64,000 nucleotides of DNA, taken from Psammoneis japonica. Its lineage: Eukaryota. Of the stretch, positions 9,646 through 22,055 are shown piece by piece. Position 1 is the stretch's first letter. Every line of letters starts with the position of its first letter. The stretch covers positions 124,001 through 188,000 of the forward strand of contig QPGO01000126.1 of assembly GCA_008632985.1 (NCBI GenBank), read 5' to 3'. A program made the position numbers and the translations under genes. The notes under the pieces were generated by a model that was not told where the DNA came from, did not search any database, and was given only the letters and a program-made list of their open reading frames with translations.

Positions 9646-10911
9646 TCACTTTCTCCGCTTTGAAGCGCTCTCTTTTCTCTCATTCTCCTCGCAAAGAGCG
9701 AAAAGATTGTCGCCTTTTCTTCGCTTTCGATTGGCTGTAGTAGAAGCGTTACCCTGCAATATGACACCATCAAGTCGATTCTTCAACAGGATTGGAACTT
9801 TGTTGTAGCACATTGCAGAAACACTTTTACATCCCCGCATATTGAGTCGTTCTAGGTTGGGCGCTCCTTGAACCAGCGCCTCGATGGATGGGTCTGTCAG
9901 TTGAGCACTAAACGCCACATCGACCAACCGGAGAGTTTCTCGCGCAGACTCTGACTCTGCCAGAGCCGAAATGAGTTGGTCGGTGGCACTGTATCGGAGT
10001 GATACAGACACGAGACAGCTGGTGTTTTGCAGAGCACTGGCAAGTACTTGTGTCGGCAATTTGAGCAACGAGCTAATGTCAAGCTCTCGTGTGAAACGCA
10101 TGGCTTGATTGGTTGAGTTCCCAAACAACGTTTTCAGAGATCGACAGCCCTTTAGATTGAGGCATTCAAGTCCTCCTTCACTGTAACCAACGGGCATTGA
10201 CACGGATAACAGACGCGAGCAATCACTGGCATCAAGAGCAATCAAAGACGGCGGTAGCAAGAGTTTCTCCAAGCTTTTGCAGCAACGAACAGACAGGCGT
10301 TCCAGATGCCGGAGTCCGCTGAGATCCAACTCTTTCAATGCATTCGTTAGCTTTCTCGAATCATAATGAATTTCTGGCAGCCAAGGGTTCCGGCAGTTCC
10401 ATCCAAAGGCAAATGTGGAGACACTCACGTCGAGCGACTGGAAACAATGCGCGAGTGCGTCACGCTCAATCTTTGCGGCAAAACCATTTCTCTTGGTCAC
10501 AACCGCATCATGAAAATCATTTGGTAAATTCTCGGAGAGTTCCTTCACCGACAGTGTCATGTTTGTGGTCACTTCTCCTTGTGGAATCACATTTGGTTGT
10601 GGAAAGTGTCCGCGAATGCGTTTTGCTGGTGGTTTGAGGGCTTTTTTCTGGCGGGGGTTTTCCCTCGGCTCATTATTTTTTTGGTGTCCCACAAACGAAA
10701 TGGCACAAACCATCTTGAAAGCACGGAATGGAATAACCAGTGGAATTATATACGTTGGAAATAATTCTGGCTTCATGAGGACATGAACGCAGCCACATCC
10801 ACCGCTTCTTCGCCACGCCTTGCAAACGCCACGGATGCGCAAACAGTTGGTGGCATCCAGAAAACTAAACACTTTAGCCAACAAGTCATCTGGAATCTCC
10901 GTTATTCTCAT
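9646..10911 (-). CDS. F-box / leucine-rich-repeat protein
   Basis: N-terminal IPDDLLAKVFSFL..IRGVCKAWR F-box, Cys-containing LRRs (LERLNMRGCKSVS), basic NLS-like C-terminus. Confidence 0.85.
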   Translation of the reverse strand: MRITEIPDDLLAKVFSFLDATNCLRIRGVCKAWRRSGGCGCVHVLMKPELFPTYIIPLVIPFRAFKMVCAISFVGHQKNNEPRENPRQKKALKPPAKRIRGHFPQPNVIPQGEVTTNMTLSVKELSENLPNDFHDAVVTKRNGFAAKIERDALAHCFQSLDVSVSTFAFGWNCRNPWLPEIHYDSRKLTNALKELDLSGLRHLERLSVRCCKSLEKLLLPPSLIALDASDCSRLLSVSMPVGYSEGGLECLNLKGCRSLKTLFGNSTNQAMRFTRELDISSLLKLPTQVLASALQNTSCLVSVSLRYSATDQLISALAESESARETLRLVDVAFSAQLTDPSIEALVQGAPNLERLNMRGCKSVSAMCYNKVPILLKNRLDGVILQGNASTTANRKRRKGDNLFALCEENERKESASKRRK

Positions 10912-11199
10912 AATGCTTGAGAGATAGTCAATGGCGCCCTGCGGCTTGACGAACTTGCTTGTGCTGTGTCAACGAAAAGTTGAAACACAGAGCGAGCAAG
11001 GCGGCAGCAAGCAGCGAGCAGGAAGCAAGTCAAAGCGCAGATGTTACGCACGAATTTGTTCTCGAGGCACATCCACGCCCCCCAGAAGTTTAGGCTAATG
11101 TGCTGATTGAGACACTGATGAAAGATGGATGAAAGTAGATTGATTGATCTACATCTGTGTGCACGAGCAGTCTGGTCAGAGGACAGTTCTCTAGAGGTC

Positions 11200-12660
11200 A
11201 ACAATCAGCGAACCCAATCGGAAATCGGGTTCAGTTTTCTCACAAAAATGTGGCTAACAACAAAGTCGACACACTGCTCTCTGGAGAGCCAACATCTTTT
11301 TGGCACAAGAAGCAGCGCCCAAGTGCAGCGCCTGGTGCAGCTTTGTCAATGTGCACACCAAGCCCAATTTCACCAAGAATCACTCCAGGATGCTGCCACA
11401 GTGCAGCCACAAACACGGACACATGTCGCCTGCAATCGCCACCATGGCTGCACCAGACAACGCTGGGGCAGCTGTGCAACAGCCGATTGTTGTTTTGTGT
11501 CGCAGCACTCCTGACTGGATTTCCAAAAGCCCAAAGCTTGGGTTGTGCACTCTGCAAATTCATTGTCTTGTGCCAGCTCTGCCGTGACTCTGCCAACACA
11601 GTGAGAAGAAAAGCGACAACAGGCACACAGCTTTTGTGCCAAGCTGTCTTTTCAGCTTCATTGCCAGCATCACACTTGTTTGAGGCAAGCTTCTTCCTTG
11701 TTGGTTGAGGCCCAGCACACTCACATCACACTCAAGCTCTCTTTCAAAGCCAACACAAAGCGACTTTTCACACAGTGGGCCTGGCTGCTCCAGCCTGTTG
11801 ACAAAGAAAAAGCCTGCACAAGAATTGCTGAAGAAGAGCTGGGGGCACCAATGAGTGCAGGAGTGAGCTGAGTGTCCATTGTGATGACCTCATGCTTGCA
11901 CTCTTTTTGCCGCAGGCACCAGTGCAGCCAGGTTCTCACAAGAGGGTGCACCTTTTCCAGAGCGCGCACTGGGTCTCCTGGCCTGCCCACTTTCTCAGTT
12001 GCTTGGGCTTGTCTTGCTTGTTTAACAGAGCAAAGTTGTCACATTTCAACCAGGCATGTTCAGCCAAGCATGAATGCCAGCAAACTCATGCCTTTTTTCC
12101 TGGTCAAAAGATGCTCGGCGCTGAAGCCATCGCACACCCAGCGGCGCCATCGCTCCAAAGTTTCCCACCTTTCCCCCAATTTCTTTGTGGTTGTTTGTGT
12201 CTTTGCCAGCCTTGCATTTTTGCTTTGTCCATGTTCTTGGTGCAAAGAGGAAACAAGAGGAGCACTCTGGGGCTGGTGCCGCGCCGCACACTCTGCTCAC
12301 TCGCGAGTGCTTTTTCCGCAGTTTTTTGAATCTGAAAGGCAGCCATTGCACCACACAAGAACTTGGCAATTTTTTGGGCATCATCATGGCCATGTGCACC
12401 ACAAGAATGTTCATGATGCATCATCAGCGCTGTCTTTCTCAGGTTTGTGGATGAGCTGAGCATGCTTGCGCTGAAGAGTCGCCCAGACGTCAAACGTGCA
12501 CACCACGAACCCGCCACCAGCGAACATGGTTTTGGCACAATGTCAGGGAGGCACAGCACGGGCATCTTTATCGTGCATTTGTGAAAATGAATGAATCGCG
12601 ATGGCTGCATTTGAAATGATGTGTGGCGCCCTGTCTCCACTAGAGCAGAATTCAAAGTGT
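11200..12660. mobile_element. Decayed, almost TpA-free repeat-like tract (element type unidentified)
   Basis: One TA found between 11260 and 12565. TG/CA-rich, with only Cys/His-rich spurious ORFs. Being a transposon is inference. Confidence 0.45.
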
Positions 12661-12997
12661 TGAGGCAGGTGTCAACCGTGTCATGAATGCGCCACCACGT
12701 CGTGTGTTCTCCACGAATAAATCCGCGAACTGCCCCTCATCAGAGGACAATTCGTCGGAACTCAGATTCCTTTCAATGTACCGCCATCAGTAACATTTCT
12801 ACGAGATGTCGGGAATGAAAGAAGGAGCGCTCTTACCACCGCATGTTTCAGTCGCACAATCCAATCGCGCTTGTGTGATGCATCGTGCGTTCTCATCACA
12901 GAAGATTTTCGCATCTGCTCGCATCTGGCATCTTCTTCAATCTCTCATATCTTGCAGAACCACAAAAAAAGATACCTAAAGATACGCTTTCGAGACA

Positions 12998-13834
12998 ATG
13001 GCCAAGAGACTCGCGACTCAGATTGTGATTGCCGCCTTTCAGGACGAAGAGGCTGTGGATGCCGTTGAAACGGCAGTCGCCAGTGCAGAATGGGACGCCA
13101 AGCAAATCATTTGCACCAACATGGCCAAGGCCAAAAAAGACAAGGCTGGCAAAATGTCCGTCAAGGAATTAGGAAAGCCGAGCGACGTTGGAGCTGCAGC
13201 CACGGGCGGTGGTATCGGTGCGGTCTTGGGTGGATTGGCTCTTTGTTTGCTGGGACCAGCAGGAGCGGCGGCTGGTGCCGCTGCCGGAGGAGCCACCGGA
13301 GCGGCTATCGCTGGCTATGCCAATCATCAAGTGGAGGGTCTTGACAAGGACAAGCTCCAAAAGCTTGGGACGGCTCTCAAACCCGGCACTTCGGCCATTG
13401 TCTTGGTTTTCGATGAAGTTATTGTCTCCAAGAAGGATATTGAAACCGAGTTGGAACTATGGAAGGAAGGTACCGACTTGTTAGTGGATTCCATGACGAC
13501 CAAGATTACCGAACACTTGGAGGCCGGTGACGACATTGCCTATCATTTGGCGTTGGGTGCCGATGGATTTACCGGTTCGCGTTTTGTACTTGGAAAGGAC
13601 GCCATGAATATCCATAACTTGGTCTTGACGCCTGAATTCATTTCGGCGGAAGAATTGACCGCCACGGAGGATGGTGTTGCCTTGGAGGCGGCTGTTGCCA
13701 CGCCGGAACAGCTCACGACGGCTCGTGCCTTGCTCACGTCTTCGGTATGTGCTTATGAAGTCACGGCTATGACAGAGGATGAAGCCGTCTATGAAGCTGG
13801 TGTTGCAGTCGCGGATAAACAGTTGGAAGAATGA
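12998..13834 (+). CDS. DUF1269-like glycine-zipper membrane protein, copy 1
   Basis: IVIAAF..KKDKAGKMSVKE..GGGIGAVLGG..GAAAGAAAGGATGA..G.DKDKLQKLG.ALKPGTSAIVL resembles the bacterial DUF1269 pattern. Intronless. Confidence 0.75.
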   Translation: MAKRLATQIVIAAFQDEEAVDAVETAVASAEWDAKQIICTNMAKAKKDKAGKMSVKELGKPSDVGAAATGGGIGAVLGGLALCLLGPAGAAAGAAAGGATGAAIAGYANHQVEGLDKDKLQKLGTALKPGTSAIVLVFDEVIVSKKDIETELELWKEGTDLLVDSMTTKITEHLEAGDDIAYHLALGADGFTGSRFVLGKDAMNIHNLVLTPEFISAEELTATEDGVALEAAVATPEQLTTARALLTSSVCAYEVTAMTEDEAVYEAGVAVADKQLEE

Positions 13835-14483
13835 GAAGTTGATTGACGAAAGGCACCCCTTTTCTCGTTGTGTAAGTTGTTTAGTAACTTGGTTATTCAG
13901 TTTTATTTTCTATTATAGAGTATGTTATAAAGTATGCTACAGTGCATCGACATATCCTAGCATAATGAGCTAATGCTTAGCTCGAGCTTACAACAGGAAG
14001 AGATGAAGACGATCGCTTTCTGACTACTAGGGCCCTAGTACACGACTTCAAACCACAACACGCTCCAACTGCAGCCGAATTTAGAAGACTTAGCTGTTCG
14101 ACAGCTATCTAGTTGAAAACTACGATGATTTTGTGATGAAAGCTGTCTTTTCCGGCAATTGTTCGATTGGGTTGCCTTCGTTAGGATACGAGGCTTCATT
14201 TCGCAGAGGAAGGAATCGGATGCAAAATCTTGGTCCCCAGAGACACTGTGAACGAGCAATTGCTGCGCACCGCGCAGTAGCTCCGACTGACAGAATAGCA
14301 GGGTTAGGACGCTGCTGCGGTACCAAAACATGTCGCGTTACGTCTTCACAAATGCCATCTTCTTCCCTCGGCTCTTTGTCTTGTCTCTAATCATGACGTC
14401 TCACTCTGGCCAGAGTCTTGTCAGGGACAGGGCTGTCTGCTAAGAACTGAGAGAGAGGCGGGCCCCTGCATGCCCTTTCTGGA

Positions 14484-17400
14484 TTACGACCAGTTGTGTG
14501 CTTTTAAACAGAAGATTGAGGGAGCCCATGTAGAGTGGAAGGGAACAGCAGAGGGAGGCACGGAGGTGGCTGTAGAGACGGTAGAGCAGAAGGGTCGAAG
14601 GACGCAAGACGAAGGGCGTTTTGAGGAAGGCATGGGTGAGGAGGGAGCAGGGAGAGAGGAAGTGAATCGGAGGATGTGCGTAGAAAGGTGAAGAACGACG
14701 TTGCAGGCAAGAGTTTGGGTGGCCCACTGGGATGGGGTGGCCGCACGGTGGGTGTTCCCAAAGCGATCGGCGGACAGGCGACGCCATTCGAAGTCAGCGG
14801 AGGGAAGGATTGCAGACGGAGACGACAAAGCGTAGAGCGAGGAAGGCGGAGCAGGAGGCATCGGAGTGACGAAAGTCAGAGGAAGAGGACCAGGGTGGCT
14901 TGGGCTGAGAGCCGATGGAGGAGGATGTAGAACCAAAGAGCAAGCGGTGAGCAAAGCAGCCGAGACCACCAAGGTGATCTACAGTGAAGGGGAGCAGGAA
15001 GATGCCATCGTTGTCAAGCGAAGAAACAACAAGGGATCCATCGGCAGAGGAAGTGGAGGGGCCAAGAAACTTCAATCTCGCGCTCGAGTGGTGTGCCTCA
15101 GTCAAAACAGGAGAAGAGGGGGCAGGCAGACCTGGAGGAGGGCGAGAGGAAGCTTGAGGGACGGCAACGTCCACTGCAATGCAGTGATGGCGGGAGGGAG
15201 TGGAAAGGGAGGCGGGAGGGGGATTAAAATGCCGACATCAGCGGGACGGAGGAGCGGGCGGGTGGGGAGCAGGTTGGTGGGTTCAAGATGAACGTCATTG
15301 GGGATCGACAGAACTCTGCAAGAGGACCCAAAGTTTGGGCTGGGATGAAAACAGTGCCACCGAGACCATTGGAGAGCTTGGACTTGTGAGCACGGCGGCA
15401 AGAAAAGGCATGATCACCACAGGCATCCAGGATGGCATGGCCACAGGGACAGGGAGTGTTGACAAGGGACGGAGGAAGGATGGGGAGACGAAGCTTGCGA
15501 AGGGCGGCAATGACGCAGGCGTCCGAAGAAAGGCGGGAGCTTGGGAAGCGACGGGAGAAGGAATGAAGAGGGAGGCTTGTAAGCGGAGATGGCAATGAAG
15601 GGAGCGAAGATTGCACGTCGTGACATGAGTTGGCAAGGATGGAGGTTGCTGCTTGCTGCTGATGTTCATGGCAGAGGCGACGAGCCAGGCCAGGAAGAGT
15701 GGCCGATTTAACCAGGGCAGCCAAGGAAGAAGAGGAAAGGGTGGAGGCGGAAGCCAGAGCGGGAGCATGACGGCGGAAGAGCGCACAGAGTCGCAGGGAA
15801 GAGCGAGGGTTGGACCAGGAAGACAGGGAGAGCCGAAAGCAGTGCGGAAGGGAAACAGAAGCGCCAGATGGCAGGCTGACACCGTGCGAAGCAAAGCGGA
15901 ACGAGCGGAGAAGCGACACCAAGAAGGAAGGAATGGCAGCAGCTGTTGGATCTCGGAGACCAAACCCGCCTGAGGAGGCAGGAAGGAAGGCGATGGCAAT
16001 AGAATGATCAGGAAAAGGAGCGGCGAAGGAAGTGACGCAGTGAAGAAAGCGGTGAGTGACGGTGAGGAGGAAATCTTGAAACGGAGAGGTCCAGAGAAAG
16101 GGGTCGGGAGGATTGTCGGGGTCGAAGTTGTGGCAGAAGTCAGCCCCAAGGAGGTGAGCAGAGGATGGAACAAAACAGTGCTTGAAGAGTTGAGCCTGGG
16201 TTTGTTTGTCATGAAGACGGGTGAGAAGCACATCAACTTTGTCGGAGAGAGCAGAGGAAGTGTCGGAAAGGAAGGAGGTGGTGAAGTCGTGGGAGCCAAG
16301 GGGCTGTCCGAGGAAGCAAACACCAGAGGTGAGTTCGGGGTTGTAGGAGGGGTCATTGGCAGGGTTTAAGAAGGAAAGTGCAGCACAGAGAGGATCGGCA
16401 CGGGAAGGGGGAAGAGCAGGGATGGGGCTAACACCGGCAATGGAGGTGAGGATCTTGGTTTTACGGAGGTTGAGGGAGATCCCGCAGGGAGCGCCGAGGG
16501 CGGAGAAGCGTTCAAGGAACCATGGGAGCACGGAATGGGGAAGGAAAGCATGAGCATCATCAACGCAGGAGCCAACTGAGACAGAGGAACGGCCAGGGAT
16601 TCGTTCTTGAAGTTCTTGGTTGATTGGACGAAGAACCAGAGAGAGGACTGGGCTGGCGAAGACAGGGCCGAGAGGGCATCCTTGGGCAAATCCCTCTTCT
16701 TGAAGAAAGGAGCCCCAGGAAGAATCGGGTCGGCGATGCCAACATGCATTGGAACTTTGACATGGAAGGTCAAAAAAAGGAAGCAGAGGATGGAAGGCAG
16801 GGGTGGAGGTGAGAACGTGTCGACAGGCGTCTCGGGATGCTTCGTTGAACACATTGACAAGGTCAAGAAGAAGAAGAACCTTGGTGGAGTCGGCGGAAGA
16901 AAGACATTGTTCAATGTTGGCAAGAGCAGAGTGAATGAGACAATCGAGGCCACCTTTGACACCAATGCCAAATTGGCCATCTGGGAGGAGACATTCGGTG
17001 AATGCAGAACCAAAGAGAGTCATGACGACGGAGCCAGCAATGCGACGGAGAGCAGTGCCGACGCCAATGGGGCGAAGCTTGTTGAGGTCGCTGGCATCTT
17101 CATGCAGAGCGACAAAGCAGTTTGAAGCAAACAAGGAATGGACGGAGGGAGGAATGGAGCCATGGAGAAGGAGAAGGACAAGCTCACGGAAGGATGACAA
17201 GCAGGGACGTTGAGCAACTCCTGTCGGGGTTTTGGCAGAATGAAGGGCGCAGGACTTGAAGAGGTCGGAAGAATCAGCAAAGACGCCGGCAGCAGTCCCA
17301 GGCTTGCATTTGGAGAGAGCAGAAAGAAGAGCGTCGGAGGAGAGCTCAATGGGCTCGTCATGAAGGGAGGAGGCCAAGCGAGTTGAAGGAGGATCAGGCA

Positions 17401-18741
17401 GGTCGGAGGGATGCAGGCGAGGAGGGTAGAGCTTGAGGATGGTGGGAAGGCATTCAGGAGCAACGGCAGCAACAGGAAGCGCAGAGGTGAGCTTGGAGCA
17501 GGCCGAGTGAAAGTCATCTTCGTCGGCGCAGACTTGAGCGGAACAGCAACATGTGGAAGCAGAAAAGTCGGGGGAAGATGAGGAGAGGCGCGGCGCATGG
17601 GAGCAGGCTTCGTGGCAGAGTTGGCGAATGCAGCCACGGCGGAAGAGGGACAAGCGGGAGGCAATGGCTGGGCCAAACTTGGAGCGTGGCGGAACAGGAG
17701 CAAGAATGAGAGCTTCAAAGAGCAAGAGAAGCTTCCAGAAGGGAGTGGAGTCACGTTGCCACGTAGGAATGAGATGGGAAGGGTCAGACAGGGGCTGGGA
17801 GGCGGCCAGCACCCAGCTTGTCACATGGTGAAGAGCGGAGCAGAGTTCCTTGCGGGCAGAGGACGAGAGCTTGCGGCGACAGGAAGCTCGGAAAGGCGGA
17901 GGCTTGAGTGCAAGAGCATGGAGCCATTGTAGCGAGGGACCCCAGTCACCTAGATTGTGGAAGGACGAGAGAACAATGTCAGTGTTGAGGGAAGAGCGAG
18001 GAGCAAAGTGCTTGTTCTGCAAGTGATTGCGGAGGTGGGTGGCAGACAGGCGGGTGTGTTGGCCGCGATTGCAATGCCTGCAGACACGCAAACCAGCGGT
18101 GTCAAAGAAGGACGTAGGTGCATGAGAAAGGGAGAGGCAGGGATGCTCCTGGCAAAGATGGCTGCGCACAGTGGCAGGAAGAGATGATGCATCAATGGAA
18201 GGAGGGGACCAGGAGCAGAAGGGGCAAGTTGGCGGGGCACGGGCTTCGGTGGGCTCCACGAGGCGATGAGGTCGCGGAGGGAGTCGATGTCAGGGGCTGC
18301 AGCCCGGATGGCTTCTTCGTAGAAAGGTTTCCAGGCAGAAAGGCGGGCCGGGCAGCAAGCACCTACGAAGGCATCAAGGACATCCAAGAGCTCCATCTCG
18401 CGCTGGGACTGCTGAGGAGAAACCGAGTCATCAGATTCGGTCTGCACAATTGCATCGGGAGTGGTGGGGGGCGGAGAGGTCTGCACAACTACGGCAGGAA
18501 TGGCAGGGGGTGGAGAGGAAGCATCGGGAGAAGAGTGGGGACGCTTGGAGGGAGGAGGCTCGGTGGTGAGGGAGCGGGCTTGGGGAGGATGGGAGGAAGG
18601 AGATGCAGCAGTGGGGAGCGGATCTTGGGGTTTGGGGAGCTGCCAGTCTTGAGCAAGCAGCTCGAGGGCACGACACGAGAAAGAATCTCGAGAGGGGGCA
18701 GGCGGCTGAAGAGCAGCAGAGGCGTGGGATGGGGAAGCCAT
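14484..18741 (-). mobile_element. Non-LTR retrotransposon of RLE type (CRE-clade-like), copy 1, degenerate
   Basis: N-terminal C2H2 fingers (CPFC..H..H; CRHC..H..H). RT motifs LRPIGVG..RR, QFGIG, LDLVNVFN, GFAQGCPLGP, CVDD (ex-YVDD). C-terminal CPCG..GDHAFSC, RPADV, DVAV. Frameshifted; element ends not resolved. Confidence 0.9.
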
Positions 18742-19020
18742 GCTGTCGCCATGGGTAGATTTACGCAAAGAAGAAGGCGTGCGTGCTGTGTTGTCCGTTT
18801 GGCTGTGCGATGCGATGCTTACCTGCATGCCATGTTGAGCACTTTTCTGCGTCATCTGCTTTCTTGTCTGTGCGTGCCATTTTTGAGTTTCGACTTCCGA
18901 AGACACGCCGACACGCACAACGCACACCACGAGGCACGCAACATGCAACAAACTCACAACGGATGTACGGCACCGACTTCAGATGCCAGTGAGTGTAAGA
19001 ACGAATCGCATGCTGTAACC

Positions 19021-22000
19021 ATGGAATCAACTGATGTTGTCGCTGCTTCCACCAATGAGGAAGTGTCCGTGGCAAGCAGCTGTACGAGCGAGCATCAGAC
19101 GGCGCCAGAGGATCTCGAGCCGAGTCAACAACTAAAGCCCGTTTCAGAGCTCGCAGCCGTTCCAGAAGAAGAAGAAACAACACAAGAAGCGTCTCCGGTT
19201 CAGCTCTGGCATTCGATGCATGCGGAATTGCAAAATGTTTGCAAGTCTCTATCGTGTTCGTTGTGTTTGAGCACCTGTGCAAATCCCGTCATTTTAGACT
19301 CGTGCCTTCACGCATGCTGCCGAGACTGTATTTTGCGTGCGCTGCAGGAAAATAAAAAGTGTCCTTCATGTGGCAACAAAGCCACGAGACGTTCTCTGGT
19401 GGATGCTCCGCATTTCGAGTCACTCGTCAAGGCATGCAAGCACGTATCTCGTGCCATGGGACTGACTCCTGTGGAGTATGACGAGGAATTGGAAGGGTGC
19501 ATGACACAGCTGCCGCCTGAAGAACAAGAAGGAAACAAGGCATCGCTGTTGGATTGTCATGTGCATTTGCAAGTCTCCAAAACGTGGCATGACGTGTTGC
19601 AACGCACATCTCATCATACGACACAAGAAGAGCGCCTGTTACAAGAACGGGCCAAGGTTGTAAAGGCAAACGAGCGTGCTTTGGTCAAAGCTGCAGTGAG
19701 ACAGCAACAAGAAAAGCAGAGCAGCAGAGCTGCAGCAGCTGAATCCAAATCGCCACAAGAGTCACCCAAGTTGGTAACCTTTGCCACCAAGAATGATTCT
19801 TCTCAACGAGATAACGACGAAAACTCGCATACCACCATCAACAACGAAGAGGAAGAGGAGTTTCTGACTGGAAACGAGGAACAACCACCAGACGTACCGC
19901 CGACGAGCCAAGAGCTTCGTGACGCTTCCATGGAACAAGAAGCGACCAATCGTCCCGCCGAAGACATGCTACATGAAGAGCAAGTGCTGCAAGAATCCGC
20001 CACCAGCATGGTGCCGCCCACGAGCCAAGAAATTCGAGACGCCTCCATGGAACAAGAAGCGGCCGATCGCTCCGCGGAAGATATGCTTTATGAAGAGCAG
20101 CAAGAATCATCCACGGCCAACACGCAGGACTTATTTAGTCCCAACACACGCGAAACCATGAGACGTCTTAGCAAGGAAGCCAATGATGTGTTGGAGTCTC
20201 TTCACAAGCCGTCCGAAAGCAGCAATAGTAACGATAATGATGATGACGATGGTATGGTGGCAGAAGTTTTGAATCTCGAAAAGGCAACCGAAGGCTTGCG
20301 TCGTGAATTAGACCGACCCGATCTCAAGAGACAAGCCATGAGTAGTAGTGGCGAGGGATTAATGCACGAGACGGAAGCATCATTGCCGAATGATGAAACC
20401 GACGATGCTTCGTTTGCGAATGATAACGAAAACAACGATTCATCCGAGAGCAGCGACTTTGATCAAACGGCAGGGACGCAAGATATTCGAGATATTCTGG
20501 ATTTGCCTCCGCCCCGCAAGCGCTCGCAACCTCAAGAAGACAAGGAGAACCAAACTCCAACTCAGAACCAAGCTTCGACACCAGCGACTAGAGTGGTTGA
20601 AAAGAGCATTCCTGAAGAAGTACCTCAGCAAAAAGAACCGCAACAAGAAGTAGAACGTGAAGACGAGCCATCGCACTACGCTGTGGGGACGGTGGTGCAG
20701 ATTCAGTCGCGAACGTGGCCGGGTGTCAACAAACCGGGTGGTGTTGCGCGGATATCTAAGGTATCGCTTGAACCATCCATTACCTATGACGTTTCCTACG
20801 TGTTGGGTGGTAAGGAAAAGTCGGTCGATGCAGGATTTGTATCACTCTACAACGACAGCATGAAGCAAGAGCAAAAGGCTAGGCGAGTGACCGTCAAAGA
20901 AGAATCATCATTAGAAATTCCAGCGTCTCTTTTGTTGAAACTTAAGGCTAGTGGATTTGCCACTGACGCCAAGACGGAACGCGCCGTATTGAACAAGGCG
21001 AAAAAGGAAAGGGAATCCAAGACGGACCACACGAAGGCGACGAAAGTATTGAAAAAGGCGGCGAAGAAGGCTCCAACAAAGCCGGGCGACAAGCGTACTA
21101 ATAGTAAAGCCCCAAAACCGAAGCCTAAGCGTCGCAAACGAGACCTTACCGACAACGAAAAAATCGATTTGGCCGATGCTCATTATGCCGAATGGTTTCA
21201 ACAGGCTCAAAGCAATGGCATTGTATACGTGGTGTCTTCGTTTCTATCTGATCGAGACAATGACTTGTTGCAGTTGCTCTGCAAAGAAACTAGAAAATCA
21301 AAAGGTTTGTAGCTGACCGATACGAACCGCTCGCAGCGTCTACCATTCCACTCACTTCCACTTTGTGCTTCTTCTTTTCAGTGGTCGTGAAAGTTTCAAG
21401 CGTGTTTCACCCGTCCAAAACGACACTTTGCGTCATGCCAACTGCGCCGAAAGATCCTACTACCTCTCGGAACCGGTCTCTCAAAGCAATGAGAGCCTCT
21501 CTAGCTGGAGTGCCGATTGTGTCGCCCGATTGGATCTCGACTTGTCTCGAGAAGAAGGAAGTAGTCGAGCCCACCACCTTTATCCGAACCATTACGACTC
21601 GCACGACGCAACTTGTCATCTCACCGAAGCTCCAGCTTGGCATAGCCTTGACCGCTGCAAGAATCCGCGCCCATCAAGCCTTGCCTCTTCACAATGTACA
21701 TGTTTTTTTGTGTGGGTCTTTTGCTTCGCCACGCAAAGTGGATATTCACGTGTTGCTGCGGGAATCTGGGGCACATCTTTTGTCGTCCCTAACGGCAACC
21801 ACGAAAAAGCTTAAGAATCTCTCGAGTGATGATGATGAGCCGGTAGTCCTCTTGTGCGATGATGCAGAGTCGACAAGCTTGTCTGATGCATTGGTAAATG
21901 CTGCAACGAGAGCCATAGACTCTGGCTCTGGAGTTTTGGCGGTAGACGCCGCTTGGCTTTTTGATTCCATTACTTGTGGCATAGTCATGGCCGCAGAGTA

Positions 22001-22055
22001 CTATGAGCCAGCAAATTCGAACGCAAGACAGTTGTGGAAAATGAGTCGAGCATAG
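19021..22055 (+). CDS. RING + Tudor-like + tandem BRCT protein (BRCA1/BARD1-like), copy 1; intron 21305-21381
   Basis: C3HC4 RING (CSLC..C.H..C..C..CP.C), acidic linker with SQ/TQ sites, and BRCT signatures (SLKAMRA..GVPIVSPDWI; AAWLFDSI). The GT..AG intron joins both ORFs in frame. Alternative start 18943. Confidence 0.85.

Noticed and set aside
18118..19020. N-terminal ~300 aa of the 1064-aa RING ORF as a TE-host fusion
   Set aside because: It is mostly the antisense of the retrotransposon, open because TA-containing stops are depleted. Its length differs between copies.
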